DNA of 38,618 nucleotides, from IMG/VR virus record IMGVR_UViG_3300028422_000873. One strand, written 5' to 3'. Source of the stretch: a virus (Duplodnaviria; Heunggongvirae; Uroviricota; Caudoviricetes). Of this stretch, positions 8,068 to 17,510 are shown piece after piece (position 1 is the first letter of the stretch; each line of letters begins with the position of its first letter). The translations under genes were made by a program, and so were the position numbers. The notes under the pieces are model-generated. The model was not told where the DNA came from and made no database searches. It saw nothing but the letters and a program-made list of their open reading frames with translations.

Positions 8068-8285
8068 GTAAAGTAACAGAATTAACTAACGAACATATTG
8101 CTTTTTTAAAAAATATTGTTAAATACGGTGGTATGTGTAGTAAGGATTTTTGTCGCGAGTGTACCCCTTTATGTCCTATATTCGACTGTGGATGTACACG
8201 AAGTAGTGCTTTTCATAGGGCAACATATATGTTAAAAAAACATGATGAATATATAGATAGTTTACTATTGGAGAACAATGACTGA
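8064..8285 (+). CDS. Cys-rich mini-protein subfamily A with tag (YIDSLLLEN)
   Basis: Family pattern. Confidence 0.85.
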   Translation: MSKVTELTNEHIAFLKNIVKYGGMCSKDFCRECTPLCPIFDCGCTRSSAFHRATYMLKKHDEYIDSLLLENND

Positions 8286-8466
8286 TTTTCAGATTAAAAC
8301 TAAGAAAACATATGTTATCAGAGATGTATTACGCACGATGTGTAAACTTGACATACTTCCTAAAAGTTATTCCACTCATTCACATACTAATTTAGATTTA
8401 TCAGTAGTAACTTTTTATGTAACATATACTACTGAACAATATTGTTTGGAAATCAATCATGAGTAA
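8278..8466 (+). CDS. small protein with motif 2 (VLRTMCKLDI)
   Basis: ORF track. Confidence 0.7.
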   Translation: MTDFQIKTKKTYVIRDVLRTMCKLDILPKSYSTHSHTNLDLSVVTFYVTYTTEQYCLEINHE

Positions 8467-8629
8467 TGCAGAAAGCGTTTTAACTATATTAATTACTGTT
8501 CTTCCAGTAGCATTTCTTATTATGTCATACAGAGATCATCGACGTTTTTCAAGAATGGAGGATGCGTTCCACGGTTTAGTTTTAACAAATAACTTAAGAG
8601 AAACCCTACTGAAAATGGATATAATGTGA
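8459..8629 (+). CDS. 56-aa single-TM protein ending in motif 2 (LRETLLKMDI); not in ORF track
   Basis: Hand translation; overlaps both neighbours. Confidence 0.7.
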   Translation: MSNAESVLTILITVLPVAFLIMSYRDHRRFSRMEDAFHGLVLTNNLRETLLKMDIM

Positions 8630-8955
8630 AATACAGAGAAGTTAAAGATGTAGAGATAATCATAATAGGTGGTCAACTACTTATGACGATTGATACGGGT
8701 TATTATAAGAACAGTATGTTGGCCAGATTAGAGCAGAAAGATGATATTAACAATAAGTTTAAATCACTGAGAAAAGTGATAATTATGTTTATTAGAATGG
8801 GTATATTTTTTAATGTAAAAGATCGTTATCCGACAGCAAATACATTGGCGGGTCTACCAATAGTAAAACAATTCTTTCCAGAGCATAAACATTGGAAATT
8901 CGCCGATCTAGATCGTAGAAGTACCAATGCGCTAGTTAAATGGTTAAAAGATTAA
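8626..8955 (+). CDS. hypothetical protein, 128 family; motif 2 (VIIMFIRMGI)
   Basis: SLRKVIIMFIRMGI matches SLRRLMIVFSRLGI of 1195. Confidence 0.8.
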   Translation: MKYREVKDVEIIIIGGQLLMTIDTGYYKNSMLARLEQKDDINNKFKSLRKVIIMFIRMGIFFNVKDRYPTANTLAGLPIVKQFFPEHKHWKFADLDRRSTNALVKWLKD

Positions 8956-8970
8956 CAAAGGAAGACAATC

Positions 8971-9201
8971 ATGGGAAAAGTCACCACCAAACAACTCATA
9001 CCTCCTGGTCATCGTGCTTCTATGAAAGATAAATTGAATTTCGCTGCAAAAAGAACAGAAAAAATAGAATGCTATTGTGGAATTGGAAGTTGTACATATT
9101 GTTTCTTAAGTGACGGCGATGGACTTCGTTCTTGTTATAATGCGGCTAGTAAATTACTATTAGACAACGTTGTAGATAATATACTACTGGAGAATGAATG
9201 A
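8971..9201 (+). CDS. Cys-rich mini-protein with tag (VVDNILLENE)
   Basis: Family pattern. Confidence 0.8.
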   Translation: MGKVTTKQLIPPGHRASMKDKLNFAAKRTEKIECYCGIGSCTYCFLSDGDGLRSCYNAASKLLLDNVVDNILLENE

Positions 9202-9431
9202 GTTATAAATTAAAGACTGTAAGGGGTATGGAGTCTATAATTAAATTAAGACAATTTTGTGATAAGCTATTTGACACACGTTGTTTGGATGGAAAAGTTA
9301 GTAGTGGCAGAACGCAATATTACTCTTATTGGGAAGCAAAATTTCATCTAATAACAATAGAGAAAACTCACGTAGTAAGAATAACCTGTAGTCGCGGAAA
9401 GGCCAGCGAATATCGCACTGTTGTGTTCTAA
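9198..9431 (+). CDS. hypothetical protein
   Basis: ORF track; ATGA overlap. Confidence 0.7.
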   Translation: MSYKLKTVRGMESIIKLRQFCDKLFDTRCLDGKVSSGRTQYYSYWEAKFHLITIEKTHVVRITCSRGKASEYRTVVF

Positions 9432-9445
9432 TACTAGGATTATAA

Positions 9446-9589
9446 ATGGTAGAAATTTTATTTGCATTATATCAACTCGATATACTAACTACGAAAGATT
9501 ATTTATTAAAACGCAACATGATCAGACAACACACCAACCATTGTATTAACCGACACGATATATTAACGTCTCAAGGGAAGGATGTATGA
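9446..9589 (+). CDS. 47-aa protein starting with motif 2 (ILFALYQLDI); not in ORF track
   Basis: Hand translation; AGGA SD. Confidence 0.55.
   Translation: MVEILFALYQLDILTTKDYLLKRNMIRQHTNHCINRHDILTSQGKDV
9548..9558 (+). promoter_or_regulatory. ACCGA-NN-CGA element (AACCGACACGA)
   Basis: 23 nt before ATG 9582. Confidence 0.6.
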
Positions 9590-9800
9590 AAAAACAGTGC
9601 GATTACGGTGTATTCAAGTGGGGATAGCTATAATTGTTATAGTTATTGCACTATGTTCGTGGTTGTCAGCTGATCATAATAAGCGAAGAAAGCGCAGTAA
9701 ACTAACAGATGCGGACATCAGTAGGTTATTTATATGTAAGTACTCTCTATATAAGCTATTCGAAAGAATAGCAGAAGAACACAGAAAGAACAGAAATTAA
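9582..9800 (+). CDS. single-TM protein with motif 2 variant (KYSLYKLF)
   Basis: ORF track. Confidence 0.75.
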   Translation: MYEKTVRLRCIQVGIAIIVIVIALCSWLSADHNKRRKRSKLTDADISRLFICKYSLYKLFERIAEEHRKNRN

Positions 9801-9811
9801 ATAGGAGTAAC

Positions 9812-10057
9812 ATGTATCAACTCAACGCTAAAGATTTAATAATTCGCATGGCTATAATACAGGTTCTAGTAAGACTTAATATAATGCAGCACGACTATAA
9901 CTATGACGATACCACGACATATATAAGAATTGCTCAGATGTGGTCGTTCAGAGAACTTAAAAGAGAAGAAATGATAAATCAATGGTTAAAAAAGATAACT
10001 GAAGAAGAGTGTGATAAAACATATACATTAAAAATATGGTGGAGAGATGAAGATTAA
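9812..10057 (+). CDS. small protein with motif 2 (IIQVLVRLNI)
   Basis: ORF track; AGGAG SD. Confidence 0.8.
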   Translation: MYQLNAKDLIIRMAIIQVLVRLNIMQHDYNYDDTTTYIRIAQMWSFRELKREEMINQWLKKITEEECDKTYTLKIWWRDED

Positions 10058-10316
10058 AAAAGGCAACAGTCACGTATACAAACATGACGAATTAGATATA
10101 GTGTTCAACTTCGAGGAGATGATTGTCATAAGTCTAAAAAGAAATCCATTCTCTAACCTGAAGGGATTTAAGGTGTACGTAGATAGCGGAACATCCATTG
10201 ATTTAGAGGTCGATAATGAAGGCTTTCTAACTATTAAAGGAATGAGATTGGAGTTTGAAGAAGTACAGAAAGCATTTGAAGACTATATAGCTAATACACT
10301 GTTGGAGGCACTATGA
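10047..10316 (+). CDS. beta-rich hypothetical protein with tag (FEDYIANTLLE)
   Basis: ORF track. Confidence 0.8.
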   Translation: MKIKKGNSHVYKHDELDIVFNFEEMIVISLKRNPFSNLKGFKVYVDSGTSIDLEVDNEGFLTIKGMRLEFEEVQKAFEDYIANTLLEAL

Positions 10317-10849
10317 CAACCATGGGTGAACTTGAAGAACAAAGAGCAGAACTACTTAAAAGAGCCTTTAATTTCTTCTTTAAGCAACTTGAATTAGAAG
10401 AAGAAGAAAACTGCTTATGTAAGCTGAAAGTAAATCTAGTGCACTACAGTACATTACCGGTTGGTACAGAAGGAATATGCACTACTGCGATAAATGTGAA
10501 GACCAGAGAAATCACTGATATTAGCGTTCGCATAAAGAATACCTCCAACAGCTGGGGAATGGTAGAAACGCTAGCACATGAAATGATACATGTAAAACAG
10601 AATATTACTGGAGATCTTAAGCACGGTGTAAGATGGAAAAAACTATTCGGTATTATTCCTTATATGCCATATAGTTATCCAATATACAAAGGGATAGACT
10701 GCGACGATGTTCCATATAAAGATAGATTATTTGAAATAGAGGCTTTTACAGAGCAATCAAATCTAACTAAACTATTTTTAATGGATGAGATGAGGAAGAA
10801 AGATGAGCAAGAAGATCAAAGCGAACAAGATATTGAAGTGGTGGTTTAA
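10313..10849 (+). CDS. putative zincin-like metallopeptidase
   Basis: LAHEMIHVKQ (HEXXH) and downstream FEIEA third-ligand-like motif. Confidence 0.7.
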   Translation: MTTMGELEEQRAELLKRAFNFFFKQLELEEEENCLCKLKVNLVHYSTLPVGTEGICTTAINVKTREITDISVRIKNTSNSWGMVETLAHEMIHVKQNITGDLKHGVRWKKLFGIIPYMPYSYPIYKGIDCDDVPYKDRLFEIEAFTEQSNLTKLFLMDEMRKKDEQEDQSEQDIEVVV

Positions 10850-11000
10850 AGAGCAAACTGAGTATAGAGAATTACTATTAAAATTTAAGTTAACACTTTA
10901 TAAGTTAAGCATACATAGAGAGCCTTTTTTACTCGGTAAATACTATAAAACTATAAAATCTGCTCACGAACACTACATTGATAAACCGACTCGAAATTAA
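10803..11000 (+). CDS. small protein with motif 2 (FKLTLYKLSI)
   Basis: ORF track. Confidence 0.65.
   Translation: MSKKIKANKILKWWFKEQTEYRELLLKFKLTLYKLSIHREPFLLGKYYKTIKSAHEHYIDKPTRN
10984..10994 (+). promoter_or_regulatory. ACCGA-NN-CGA element (AACCGACTCGA)
   Basis: 43 nt before ATG 11038. Confidence 0.65.
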
Positions 11001-11037
11001 TTCATAGAGATAGCAAACCCAAAAAGAAGGAGTATCT

Positions 11038-11496
11038 ATGAGTAAGCTAAATCAAAAAGAGGCCGTATATAATGCGGTAAAGAAAGTGACCGGTAAGGAC
11101 CATAACGAGGGCGATGTTCTTACATTAACAAAAGATCAGAAGAGTGAAGTGCGATCACTCTTGGTAACAAGTTTTGAGAATAACGAAGTTGAATTGAAGT
11201 CTGCCCAAGACGACATCAAGAAGTATGTCAACAGTCTGCTCAATAACTGGTTGAGAAAAGACAAGAGATTCAATGGTGGTGAAACTTATGTCATCAAGAA
11301 TAAGGGTTCAAGAACTGGCCAGAGCGATGCTATGGTAAAAAATCTACGTCTTTTATTGAAGAAAGACACTCTGACTGAATCTGAGAGAACAGATATTCAA
11401 GAGGCCATCAATACAAGACTGGATGAGATTGCCCCAACCAAGAAGATTGAAGTTGATGCAAATGTTATCCCCGCAGAATTACAGCATCTTCTATAA
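11038..11496 (+). CDS. hypothetical protein, paralog of 16217 and 32975
   Basis: QK[ED]AV, N[WH]xRKxxxxNGG and [IL]PxxLxxL motifs; own promoter motif and terminator. Confidence 0.9.
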   Translation: MSKLNQKEAVYNAVKKVTGKDHNEGDVLTLTKDQKSEVRSLLVTSFENNEVELKSAQDDIKKYVNSLLNNWLRKDKRFNGGETYVIKNKGSRTGQSDAMVKNLRLLLKKDTLTESERTDIQEAINTRLDEIAPTKKIEVDANVIPAELQHLL

Positions 11497-11516
11497 GATC
11501 TATTAAAACATTATAC

Positions 11517-11544
11517 AAATGCCTGACTTCGGTCAGGCATTTTT
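11517..11544 (+). terminator. intrinsic terminator
   Basis: AAATGCCTGAC-TTCG-GTCAGGCATTT plus T-run. Confidence 0.85.
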
Positions 11545-11561
11545 GTATACAGGGGTAGAAA

Positions 11562-11816
11562 ATGATTATTAGAGATGGCGCATTCTGGTATGACTTCGAC
11601 AAGATGATGATGATGCGGGGTGGTCCTGCTATGATGGATGTGCGCTACTTAGTCTATATAGAAGAAGGTCCATCATATCAGAAAGAAGGCTTATGCTGGA
11701 CAAATAACGATCCAAAATTATGTAAAATCAATCCTTATCTGTGCTATCGTCTTCCAGAATCTGCACAATTCTTATATAACGAATATCTCGCCGAAAAAGA
11801 ACTCCTCGGTTACTAA
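11562..11816 (+). CDS. hypothetical protein with tag (YNEYLAEKELLGY)
   Basis: ORF track. Confidence 0.8.
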   Translation: MIIRDGAFWYDFDKMMMMRGGPAMMDVRYLVYIEEGPSYQKEGLCWTNNDPKLCKINPYLCYRLPESAQFLYNEYLAEKELLGY

Positions 11817-11826
11817 ACCGATACGA
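11816..11826 (+). promoter_or_regulatory. ACCGA-NN-CGA element (AACCGATACGA)
   Basis: 23 nt before ATG 11850. Confidence 0.7.
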
Positions 11827-11849
11827 GAATTATATAAAGGGGAGGCAAT

Positions 11850-12137
11850 ATGGTAAATCAACAACATTTAAAAGAAGTAGCAAAAGAATATTTAAAGACA
11901 AACAGAGCTAGTTCTTCAGAAGAAGATGTGCAACGCAATATTAAAGAATGGATTCGCGTCTATGGCTCAGAGGATAGAATTTATAAATTACTATGCATGT
12001 GCACAGGAACGACTCCTAAAACAATAGAAGAGCAATATGAACCATGTTTAAAGAGTCAATGTGAGTGCGGAGCGCAATACACGGACTTTCCAAACTTTCA
12101 TTCTACTTGGTGCAAGTTATATAAACCACATTGTTAA
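11850..12137 (+). CDS. hypothetical protein with CECG...HSxWC putative Zn-binding tail
   Basis: ORF track. Confidence 0.8.
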   Translation: MVNQQHLKEVAKEYLKTNRASSSEEDVQRNIKEWIRVYGSEDRIYKLLCMCTGTTPKTIEEQYEPCLKSQCECGAQYTDFPNFHSTWCKLYKPHC

Positions 12138-12146
12138 GTAGGATTT

Positions 12147-12572
12147 ATGAGCGAACCAACTAAGAAAGTAGACTACTACAAAAATGGCAATATAAGTTAT
12201 AAAGAATACTACTTAAACAACAAGCTTCATAGAGTAGACGGTCCAGCTCATATAAGCTACAACGAAAACGGTAGTATAAGTTATGAAGAATACTACTTAA
12301 ACGACAAGCTTCACAGAGTAGACGGTCCAGCTCATATAAGCTACAACGAAAACGGTAGTATAAGTTATGAAGAATACTACTTAAACGACAAGCTTCACAG
12401 AGTAGATGGTCCAGCTTACATAAGCTACTACGAAGACGGTAACATAAGATGTGAAGAATACTGGTTAAATAGTAAGGAGTTTACCAAAGAAGAGTTTTTA
12501 GTAAGCAAAGAGTATCAAAACTACTTAGCTGATTTAGAGATTGAAAGGATGTTAGGGAAAAGAGAGGGGTAA
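12147..12572 (+). CDS. MORN-like/YwqK-like repeat protein, 3 HRVDGPA units, tag LEIERML
   Basis: 28-aa (84-bp) tandem repeats YYxNGxIxYEEYYLNxKxHRVDGPA. Confidence 0.9.
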   Translation: MSEPTKKVDYYKNGNISYKEYYLNNKLHRVDGPAHISYNENGSISYEEYYLNDKLHRVDGPAHISYNENGSISYEEYYLNDKLHRVDGPAYISYYEDGNIRCEEYWLNSKEFTKEEFLVSKEYQNYLADLEIERMLGKREG

Positions 12573-12573
12573 T

Positions 12574-12999
12574 ATGCGTATTATAGCAATCAGTATTTTA
12601 GTAATTTTCTTATCCACTTATGGTATTTATCGCTATTTAGATAGTTCTGCCAAACATCGAGCAGTACAGATAAAAAAATGTGATGCTCGTCTAGTGATTA
12701 GAAAATTAGAATGTCAGGCAAGAGGATCAATAGGTTCGGCACGCTATATCATTGACTCTTATCCCCCTATCGCAACTAACAAAAAACATATTATATCAGA
12801 GGCAAAGAAACTAGAGAAACTTCTATATGAGCAATGTATGGATTCTATAGTTTGGGATTATGTTGATGATAACATCAGTGAATGTAGATATGTGTTCAAG
12901 AAGATTAAAGTTGAGTTTTTAGAGAATAGAGCGGAAGAGTTACTGCGCTCTATAATCAATAGAGAAATAGAAAAATCTCGGGGGAGAAATGACACGTAA
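12574..12999 (+). CDS. hypothetical protein with N-terminal signal or TM helix
   Basis: ORF track. Confidence 0.75.
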   Translation: MRIIAISILVIFLSTYGIYRYLDSSAKHRAVQIKKCDARLVIRKLECQARGSIGSARYIIDSYPPIATNKKHIISEAKKLEKLLYEQCMDSIVWDYVDDNISECRYVFKKIKVEFLENRAEELLRSIINREIEKSRGRNDT

Positions 13000-13414
13000 T
13001 CAACTTATTCTCAAGCGCAATAGACTTGAAAGAGAGTTAGAGATTCTTGAAGATAACGAACAAGATGGTTCGGCTAACTATTATCTGTTAGATAAAGAAC
13101 TGAATGAGGTGCTTGATCAGTTAAATGAAGCAGAAGAACAACAGAAGAAAAGAGACCAAGAACAACTCGAGCAGCATCGTCTTGATCAGTTCAAACTGAA
13201 GATCAAGAGTAAGTACGACATGGATTTTGATGAGTGGTACGAGAAAGCAAAAGCCATGTATGTAGTAACAGATAACTTCACTGTCATCAGCAATGCCAGC
13301 AATTGGAAAGAAGATAAAACATGGGAGTTCTCTTCTAAGATAGATGCACTAGAAAAAGTTGAGCAGCTTATTGATTGGAAGTATTATGACCACTTTGTAA
13401 GAGAGAAACAATGA
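12989..13414 (+). CDS. hypothetical coiled-coil protein
   Basis: ORF track. Confidence 0.8.
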   Translation: MTRNQLILKRNRLERELEILEDNEQDGSANYYLLDKELNEVLDQLNEAEEQQKKRDQEQLEQHRLDQFKLKIKSKYDMDFDEWYEKAKAMYVVTDNFTVISNASNWKEDKTWEFSSKIDALEKVEQLIDWKYYDHFVREKQ

Positions 13415-13517
13415 AATCATTATTTAAAAAGATTCTGCGTCTTTTAAGACACTTTGATCGCTATTATGACATTCTTGAGGAGCTAAAGAAATATAAGGAA
13501 GAACTAAAGAATAAGAG

Positions 13518-13823
13518 TTAATCTTCTTTATCGGCAAACTTTCTTAATACGTCTTCTACATCAAGACACTTAATATCGCATAATTTATCTAATGCTCGCT
13601 TATATCTTTTTAAATTCTCTACCTCACGAATGAGTGCAGCGTTGGTCTTCTGTCTTTCTTTTCTCTCTTCTGTTTTCTTATCTGCATCACGACATATTCT
13701 GCATGTAGATCTGTACCATATCGTACCGTCTTTTTTGATACGACCCTTCTCTCTCTTTCTTTTCCCGCAGACCGGACAAATAAGTGATTCCTCATTCATA
13801 TCAATATTAGACCACGATAACAA
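13518..13823 (-). CDS. putative Zn-finger (CPVC...CRIC) coiled-coil protein
   Basis: ORF track; fills an otherwise empty + strand gap. Confidence 0.65.
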   Translation of the reverse strand: MLSWSNIDMNEESLICPVCGKRKREKGRIKKDGTIWYRSTCRICRDADKKTEERKERQKTNAALIREVENLKRYKRALDKLCDIKCLDVEDVLRKFADKED

Positions 13824-13852
13824 ATGGGACTAAGCTGTGGGGTTTAGACTAT

Positions 13853-13863
13853 AACCGAAACGA
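13853..13863 (+). promoter_or_regulatory. ACCGA-NN-CGA element (AACCGAAACGA)
   Basis: 24 nt before ATG 13888. Confidence 0.65.
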
Positions 13864-13887
13864 GTATTTATATGAAGAGGTGTATTT

Positions 13888-14136
13888 ATGAATAAACCAA
13901 CTAAGAAAGTAGACTACTACGAAGACGGTAGCATAAGTTATGAAGCTTACTACTTAAACGACAAGCGTCATAGAATAGACGGTCCAGCTTACATAAGCTA
14001 CTACGAAAACGGTAGCATAAGTTATGAAGCTTACTACTTAAACGACAAGAAGCTTACTAAAGAAGAGTTTTTAGCAAGCAAAGAGCATCAAAACTACTTA
14101 GCTGATTTAGAAATAGAGAGGATGCTAGATGAGTAA
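13888..14136 (+). CDS. MORN-like repeat protein, 1 HRIDGPA unit
   Basis: Near-identical to the other copies. Confidence 0.9.
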   Translation: MNKPTKKVDYYEDGSISYEAYYLNDKRHRIDGPAYISYYENGSISYEAYYLNDKKLTKEEFLASKEHQNYLADLEIERMLDE

Positions 14137-14275
14137 GAAAGATTCACCATTATTTAACAGTAGTACTTTTCATATGGCAAACATACTGTATAAATTAAAC
14201 ATGATAAATGATGTAGAAAGTATAATATTACATATGTTGTTGCGTAATTATTGGATGAAAAATGTCCGATTCTAA
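14129..14275 (+). CDS. 48-aa protein with motif 2 (MANILYKLNM); not in ORF track
   Basis: Hand translation; paralog of the next ORF. Confidence 0.7.
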   Translation: MSKKDSPLFNSSTFHMANILYKLNMINDVESIILHMLLRNYWMKNVRF

Positions 14276-14411
14276 AATACTTGAAATGTCTTTTATTGTT
14301 AGAAATAAGGTAACAGGTTTAGCAGCAATAATACGCAAACTGAAGATATTAAGTGATATGGAATCTATTTTCTTAGAAGCATATCTATGGAGTTATTGGT
14401 TAGATGACTAA
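14262..14411 (+). CDS. 49-aa protein with motif 2 (LAAIIRKLKI); not in ORF track
   Basis: Hand translation; KLxIxxDxESIxL...YW shared with 14129. Confidence 0.7.
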   Translation: MSDSKILEMSFIVRNKVTGLAAIIRKLKILSDMESIFLEAYLWSYWLDD

Positions 14412-14742
14412 GAAAAAAAGAAAACTATCAAAATCTGACATTAGAAGACGTGATAAGAACTGGAATCTGACACAGAATATCTATGATGAAGCATGTCTTG
14501 AATTAAGATATACAATGCTAGATATAAAGAAAGAACTACTTCATAATGTAATAAATGAAGACGAGTTTTTAGAGAAGAAAAATAAACTAGATGATTTATA
14601 CTGTCAGAAGATACGACAACTAGAAACTTCACAACTAGAAGAGATAGTCTCTGTCTACAGAGATGGACTCATCAAGCGCACGCAAAAGACTATACAGATG
14701 ATTCTAGACGAGATAGCAAATCGTGCCATCTTAGATACTTAA
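14404..14742 (+). CDS. hypothetical protein, tag-like end (EIANRAILD)
   Basis: ORF track. Confidence 0.8.
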   Translation: MTKKKRKLSKSDIRRRDKNWNLTQNIYDEACLELRYTMLDIKKELLHNVINEDEFLEKKNKLDDLYCQKIRQLETSQLEEIVSVYRDGLIKRTQKTIQMILDEIANRAILDT

Positions 14743-14751
14743 CCGATGCGA
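14741..14751 (+). promoter_or_regulatory. ACCGA-NN-CGA element (AACCGATGCGA)
   Basis: 29 nt before ATG 14781. Confidence 0.7.
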
Positions 14752-14780
14752 TATCTAATATAATAAAAAGGGGTTATTAT

Positions 14781-14984
14781 ATGTGCTCAGAGATAATCTA
14801 CAAAGAAGAACTTACACCAATAGAAGAACTCAGTGAGATAAACACGGTTTTACGCTCGTTAAGTTCTATTTTAAGTGAGCCTTATCACTGTGACAGAGAG
14901 TTGCATGAGTGCGCTTACAAACTATTCCTCAAAAGAAAAGAAGAATTAGAGAAGATCTTAGCAGAGACGAAAGATGATACTTAG
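14781..14984 (+). CDS. hypothetical protein
   Basis: ORF track. Confidence 0.75.
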   Translation: MCSEIIYKEELTPIEELSEINTVLRSLSSILSEPYHCDRELHECAYKLFLKRKEELEKILAETKDDT

Positions 14985-15209
14985 AGATATGACGATTGCA
15001 CTTAATTTAGAACAGACGCTGTCTCTGCTAATACATGGTAGAAGACATTGTTCTTTATTCAGTTGGATCAAGTTAAATAACTTCTGTGACAGATATGGAG
15101 CACAGATTACCATTTAGGAGTATTATGGATGAGTTTGAAGTGTATCTAGAGTCTTCTCAGTTGAGAGAGTTGTTTGAACAAGTAGATAACTATTCAGCAG
15201 AGGATTTTT

Positions 15210-15572
15210 ATGAGCGATACGAGTATGACAGGGAAGAGCTTTCCCTATCGTGAGCATGATTTCGAATGGAAATTGACGGTAGATAGTCGTTATTACAGTA
15301 TACCTAAGATCTACAACATGAGAATATGGATAGAGGAAGATGATGGTCAGTGGAAGATGTTCAAATTCTTGTGCGATAAGCGCGTAGGTAAAGATGGTAA
15401 AGAATTACCAGATCATCAGCCTAGTGAACTAAGATATAGAGAGGCCGGCAACATGTTAGAAGTCAAGCATCCTGGTGGAAGATGGCAAAGACTACGTCCA
15501 GATAAAAGAGATGCTTTTTTAGAGAAATATCACTACTTCTTTACAGCAAATGAGATATTATTGGGGTTATAA
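15210..15572 (+). CDS. hypothetical protein with tag (TANEILLGL)
   Basis: ORF track. Confidence 0.8.
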   Translation: MSDTSMTGKSFPYREHDFEWKLTVDSRYYSIPKIYNMRIWIEEDDGQWKMFKFLCDKRVGKDGKELPDHQPSELRYREAGNMLEVKHPGGRWQRLRPDKRDAFLEKYHYFFTANEILLGL

Positions 15573-16004
15573 ATGGATGAGAAGAAACTGAAGAAACTAA
15601 CACAAGATCTTAAAAAGAAAGATACGGAATTTCTAGAGAAAGCTCTCAAAGAATTGGAAGACATGAAAGACGAATACTACATCATCTTTCATATTTTAGA
15701 ACCTAGGCGGAAACAAGCAGCAGAACAAAAGAAAAGAGATATTCTCAATAAAATGATTAATGAAACTAAATATGTTGAGTGCGAATACCCTAGTATGGGT
15801 TTTATGGGTGAAGATGGACACTGTACTCTTGAAAATAAAAAACAAGCCGATGCCTTATTAAAAGCATTAAAAGATAATACAACTTATTATTATGCATACA
15901 TATTAGAGTGGAATGGTAAAGGAGAATACATAGTTGAACCTAGTTACAACTACGATCATGATAATGAGATTGTATATACAGCAACTATAAAGAAGGTAAA
16001 ATGA
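15573..16004 (+). CDS. hypothetical protein
   Basis: ORF track. Confidence 0.8.
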   Translation: MDEKKLKKLTQDLKKKDTEFLEKALKELEDMKDEYYIIFHILEPRRKQAAEQKKRDILNKMINETKYVECEYPSMGFMGEDGHCTLENKKQADALLKALKDNTTYYYAYILEWNGKGEYIVEPSYNYDHDNEIVYTATIKKVK

Positions 16005-16177
16005 AAAAGAACAGGGGTAACAAGCGCAGACACAAGATTAGAAAGCGAATGAAATCACTCAAGAAGTGTGCAACAAGAAAACCTATTGCTCCACCAACTA
16101 TAGTCTTCAAAGACAAAAAGAAATACTCACGTAAAGAAAACAAAAAGATCATAAGAGACTGTAAAACTGATCAATAA
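16001..16177 (+). CDS. 58-aa very basic protein; not in ORF track
   Basis: Hand translation MKKNRGNKRRHKIRKR...PPTIVFKDKKKYSRKENKK. Confidence 0.65.
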   Translation: MKKNRGNKRRHKIRKRMKSLKKCATRKPIAPPTIVFKDKKKYSRKENKKIIRDCKTDQ

Positions 16178-16180
16178 CAT

Positions 16181-16191
16181 AACCGATTCGA
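16181..16191 (+). promoter_or_regulatory. ACCGA-NN-CGA element (AACCGATTCGA)
   Basis: 25 nt before ATG 16217. Confidence 0.75.
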
Positions 16192-16216
16192 AAATCATAT
16201 ACAAACGGGGAATCAT

Positions 16217-16705
16217 ATGAGTAAATTAAGTCAAAAAGATGCAGTCTACAATATTACATGTTCTGTTCTCGATGAGAACAATATTCATTTAGAGGATGGT
16301 CAGAGTATCAATGAGGTCATGACTAAAGACATGAGGCAATCTATAACATTATGTCTCATTGCGGGTTTCAATTCAGGAGAAGTTCAGATCGATAAAGACT
16401 ACGAAGAAAAAGAGCTGAGATCATATACTCAATCGGTGATCAGTAACTGGTTTCGTAAGGACGCTAGATTGAATGGTGGTTCTAAGTACGAGCCAAAAGA
16501 TAAAGGATCAAAAGTCGGATTCAATGATCCTCAAGTAAAAGCCATGCGTCGCATGTTAAAAGAAGTCAAGAAAACTGGAAATATAAAACATATCAAAGCA
16601 ATTGAGTCTGAGATAGATAAGAAATTAAGAGAGATTAGGGACAAGAGGTTAAAAGACAAAGTTGATGCACAAGCCATCCCTGAACATCTAAGACATCTCT
16701 TGTAG
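16217..16705 (+). CDS. hypothetical protein, paralog of 11038 and 32975
   Basis: Shared motifs; own promoter motif and terminator. Confidence 0.9.
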   Translation: MSKLSQKDAVYNITCSVLDENNIHLEDGQSINEVMTKDMRQSITLCLIAGFNSGEVQIDKDYEEKELRSYTQSVISNWFRKDARLNGGSKYEPKDKGSKVGFNDPQVKAMRRMLKEVKKTGNIKHIKAIESEIDKKLREIRDKRLKDKVDAQAIPEHLRHLL

Positions 16706-16721
16706 TCGAATGACTGCAACT

Positions 16722-16763
16722 AACCCGAGAGCTAACAAATCCCCCTTATAGCTCTCGGGTTTT
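16722..16763 (+). terminator. intrinsic terminator
   Basis: AACCCGAGAGCTA / TAGCTCTCGGGTT inverted repeat plus T-run. Confidence 0.75.
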
Positions 16764-16787
16764 CTTATTAGGGGAAAGGGGATTTCT

Positions 16788-17510
16788 ATGAAGAAAGCGT
16801 TATTTGCTTTACTCATCTTTATGTCAATTACTTCTTGTCGAAGTCACACTTGCGACGTCCATCCTGAATATGTCGCGATAGAAGAATCCAGAACAATCAT
16901 CGCAGTCATAGATACAGGTGTTACCTTTTCAGAGAAGATTAGACCCTACCTATGCGGTTATCATGTTGATCTAACTGGTAAAGGCATAGAAGACGTAGAC
17001 GGACACGGAACAATGGTGACGAGTATACTTATGACGTATATAGATCCGAGTAAACAATGTATCTTTCCAATAAAGTGGTATCATAACAAAGAAACTAACG
17101 AAGAAAACCCTATATCATCTTATTCCATGATGGAAGCAGTACATGTATCAGGTGCAAAATACGTCAACATGAGTCTTTCTAGTACAGCACCATCGTTCTA
17201 TGGAAAGATACCACTTATGGTTTTGTTAAATAAAGGTGTAGTATTTGCCGTTGCTGCAGGTAATGACGGTAATGATTTATCCGAGAAGTGCGACTCGTAT
17301 CCTGCGTGTTATGACTTAAAGTATGAGAATTTCTATGTTGTGGGTGGACTTCGTAATAATAAAATATATAAGGGTCACAACTACGGTGGACCAGTTAACG
17401 CATATGAGAATTCTGTTAACGTGATGGTCGACGGCAAGAAATGGAGTGGAACATCAGTATCTACACCTATATTCTTGGGTAAACTAATACAGAAAAGAGA
17501 GGGACAATGA
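16788..17510 (+). CDS. S8 subtilisin-like serine protease, probable lipoprotein
   Basis: VIDTG (Asp), GHGT (His), AAGN (oxyanion Asn), GTSVS (Ser); signal peptide ending ITSC. Confidence 0.85.
   Translation: MKKALFALLIFMSITSCRSHTCDVHPEYVAIEESRTIIAVIDTGVTFSEKIRPYLCGYHVDLTGKGIEDVDGHGTMVTSILMTYIDPSKQCIFPIKWYHNKETNEENPISSYSMMEAVHVSGAKYVNMSLSSTAPSFYGKIPLMVLLNKGVVFAVAAGNDGNDLSEKCDSYPACYDLKYENFYVVGGLRNNKIYKGHNYGGPVNAYENSVNVMVDGKKWSGTSVSTPIFLGKLIQKREGQ

Noticed and set aside
977-9201. The LLE/LLG endings being purely a by-product of overlapping Shine-Dalgarno sequences
   Set aside because: This explains at most two codons. The upstream Y/D/IL pattern and SD-free cases remain, although SD overlap probably contributes.
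12147-12572. CRISPR array
   Set aside because: The repeats are in-frame 84-bp coding units without unique spacers, and there are no cas genes.
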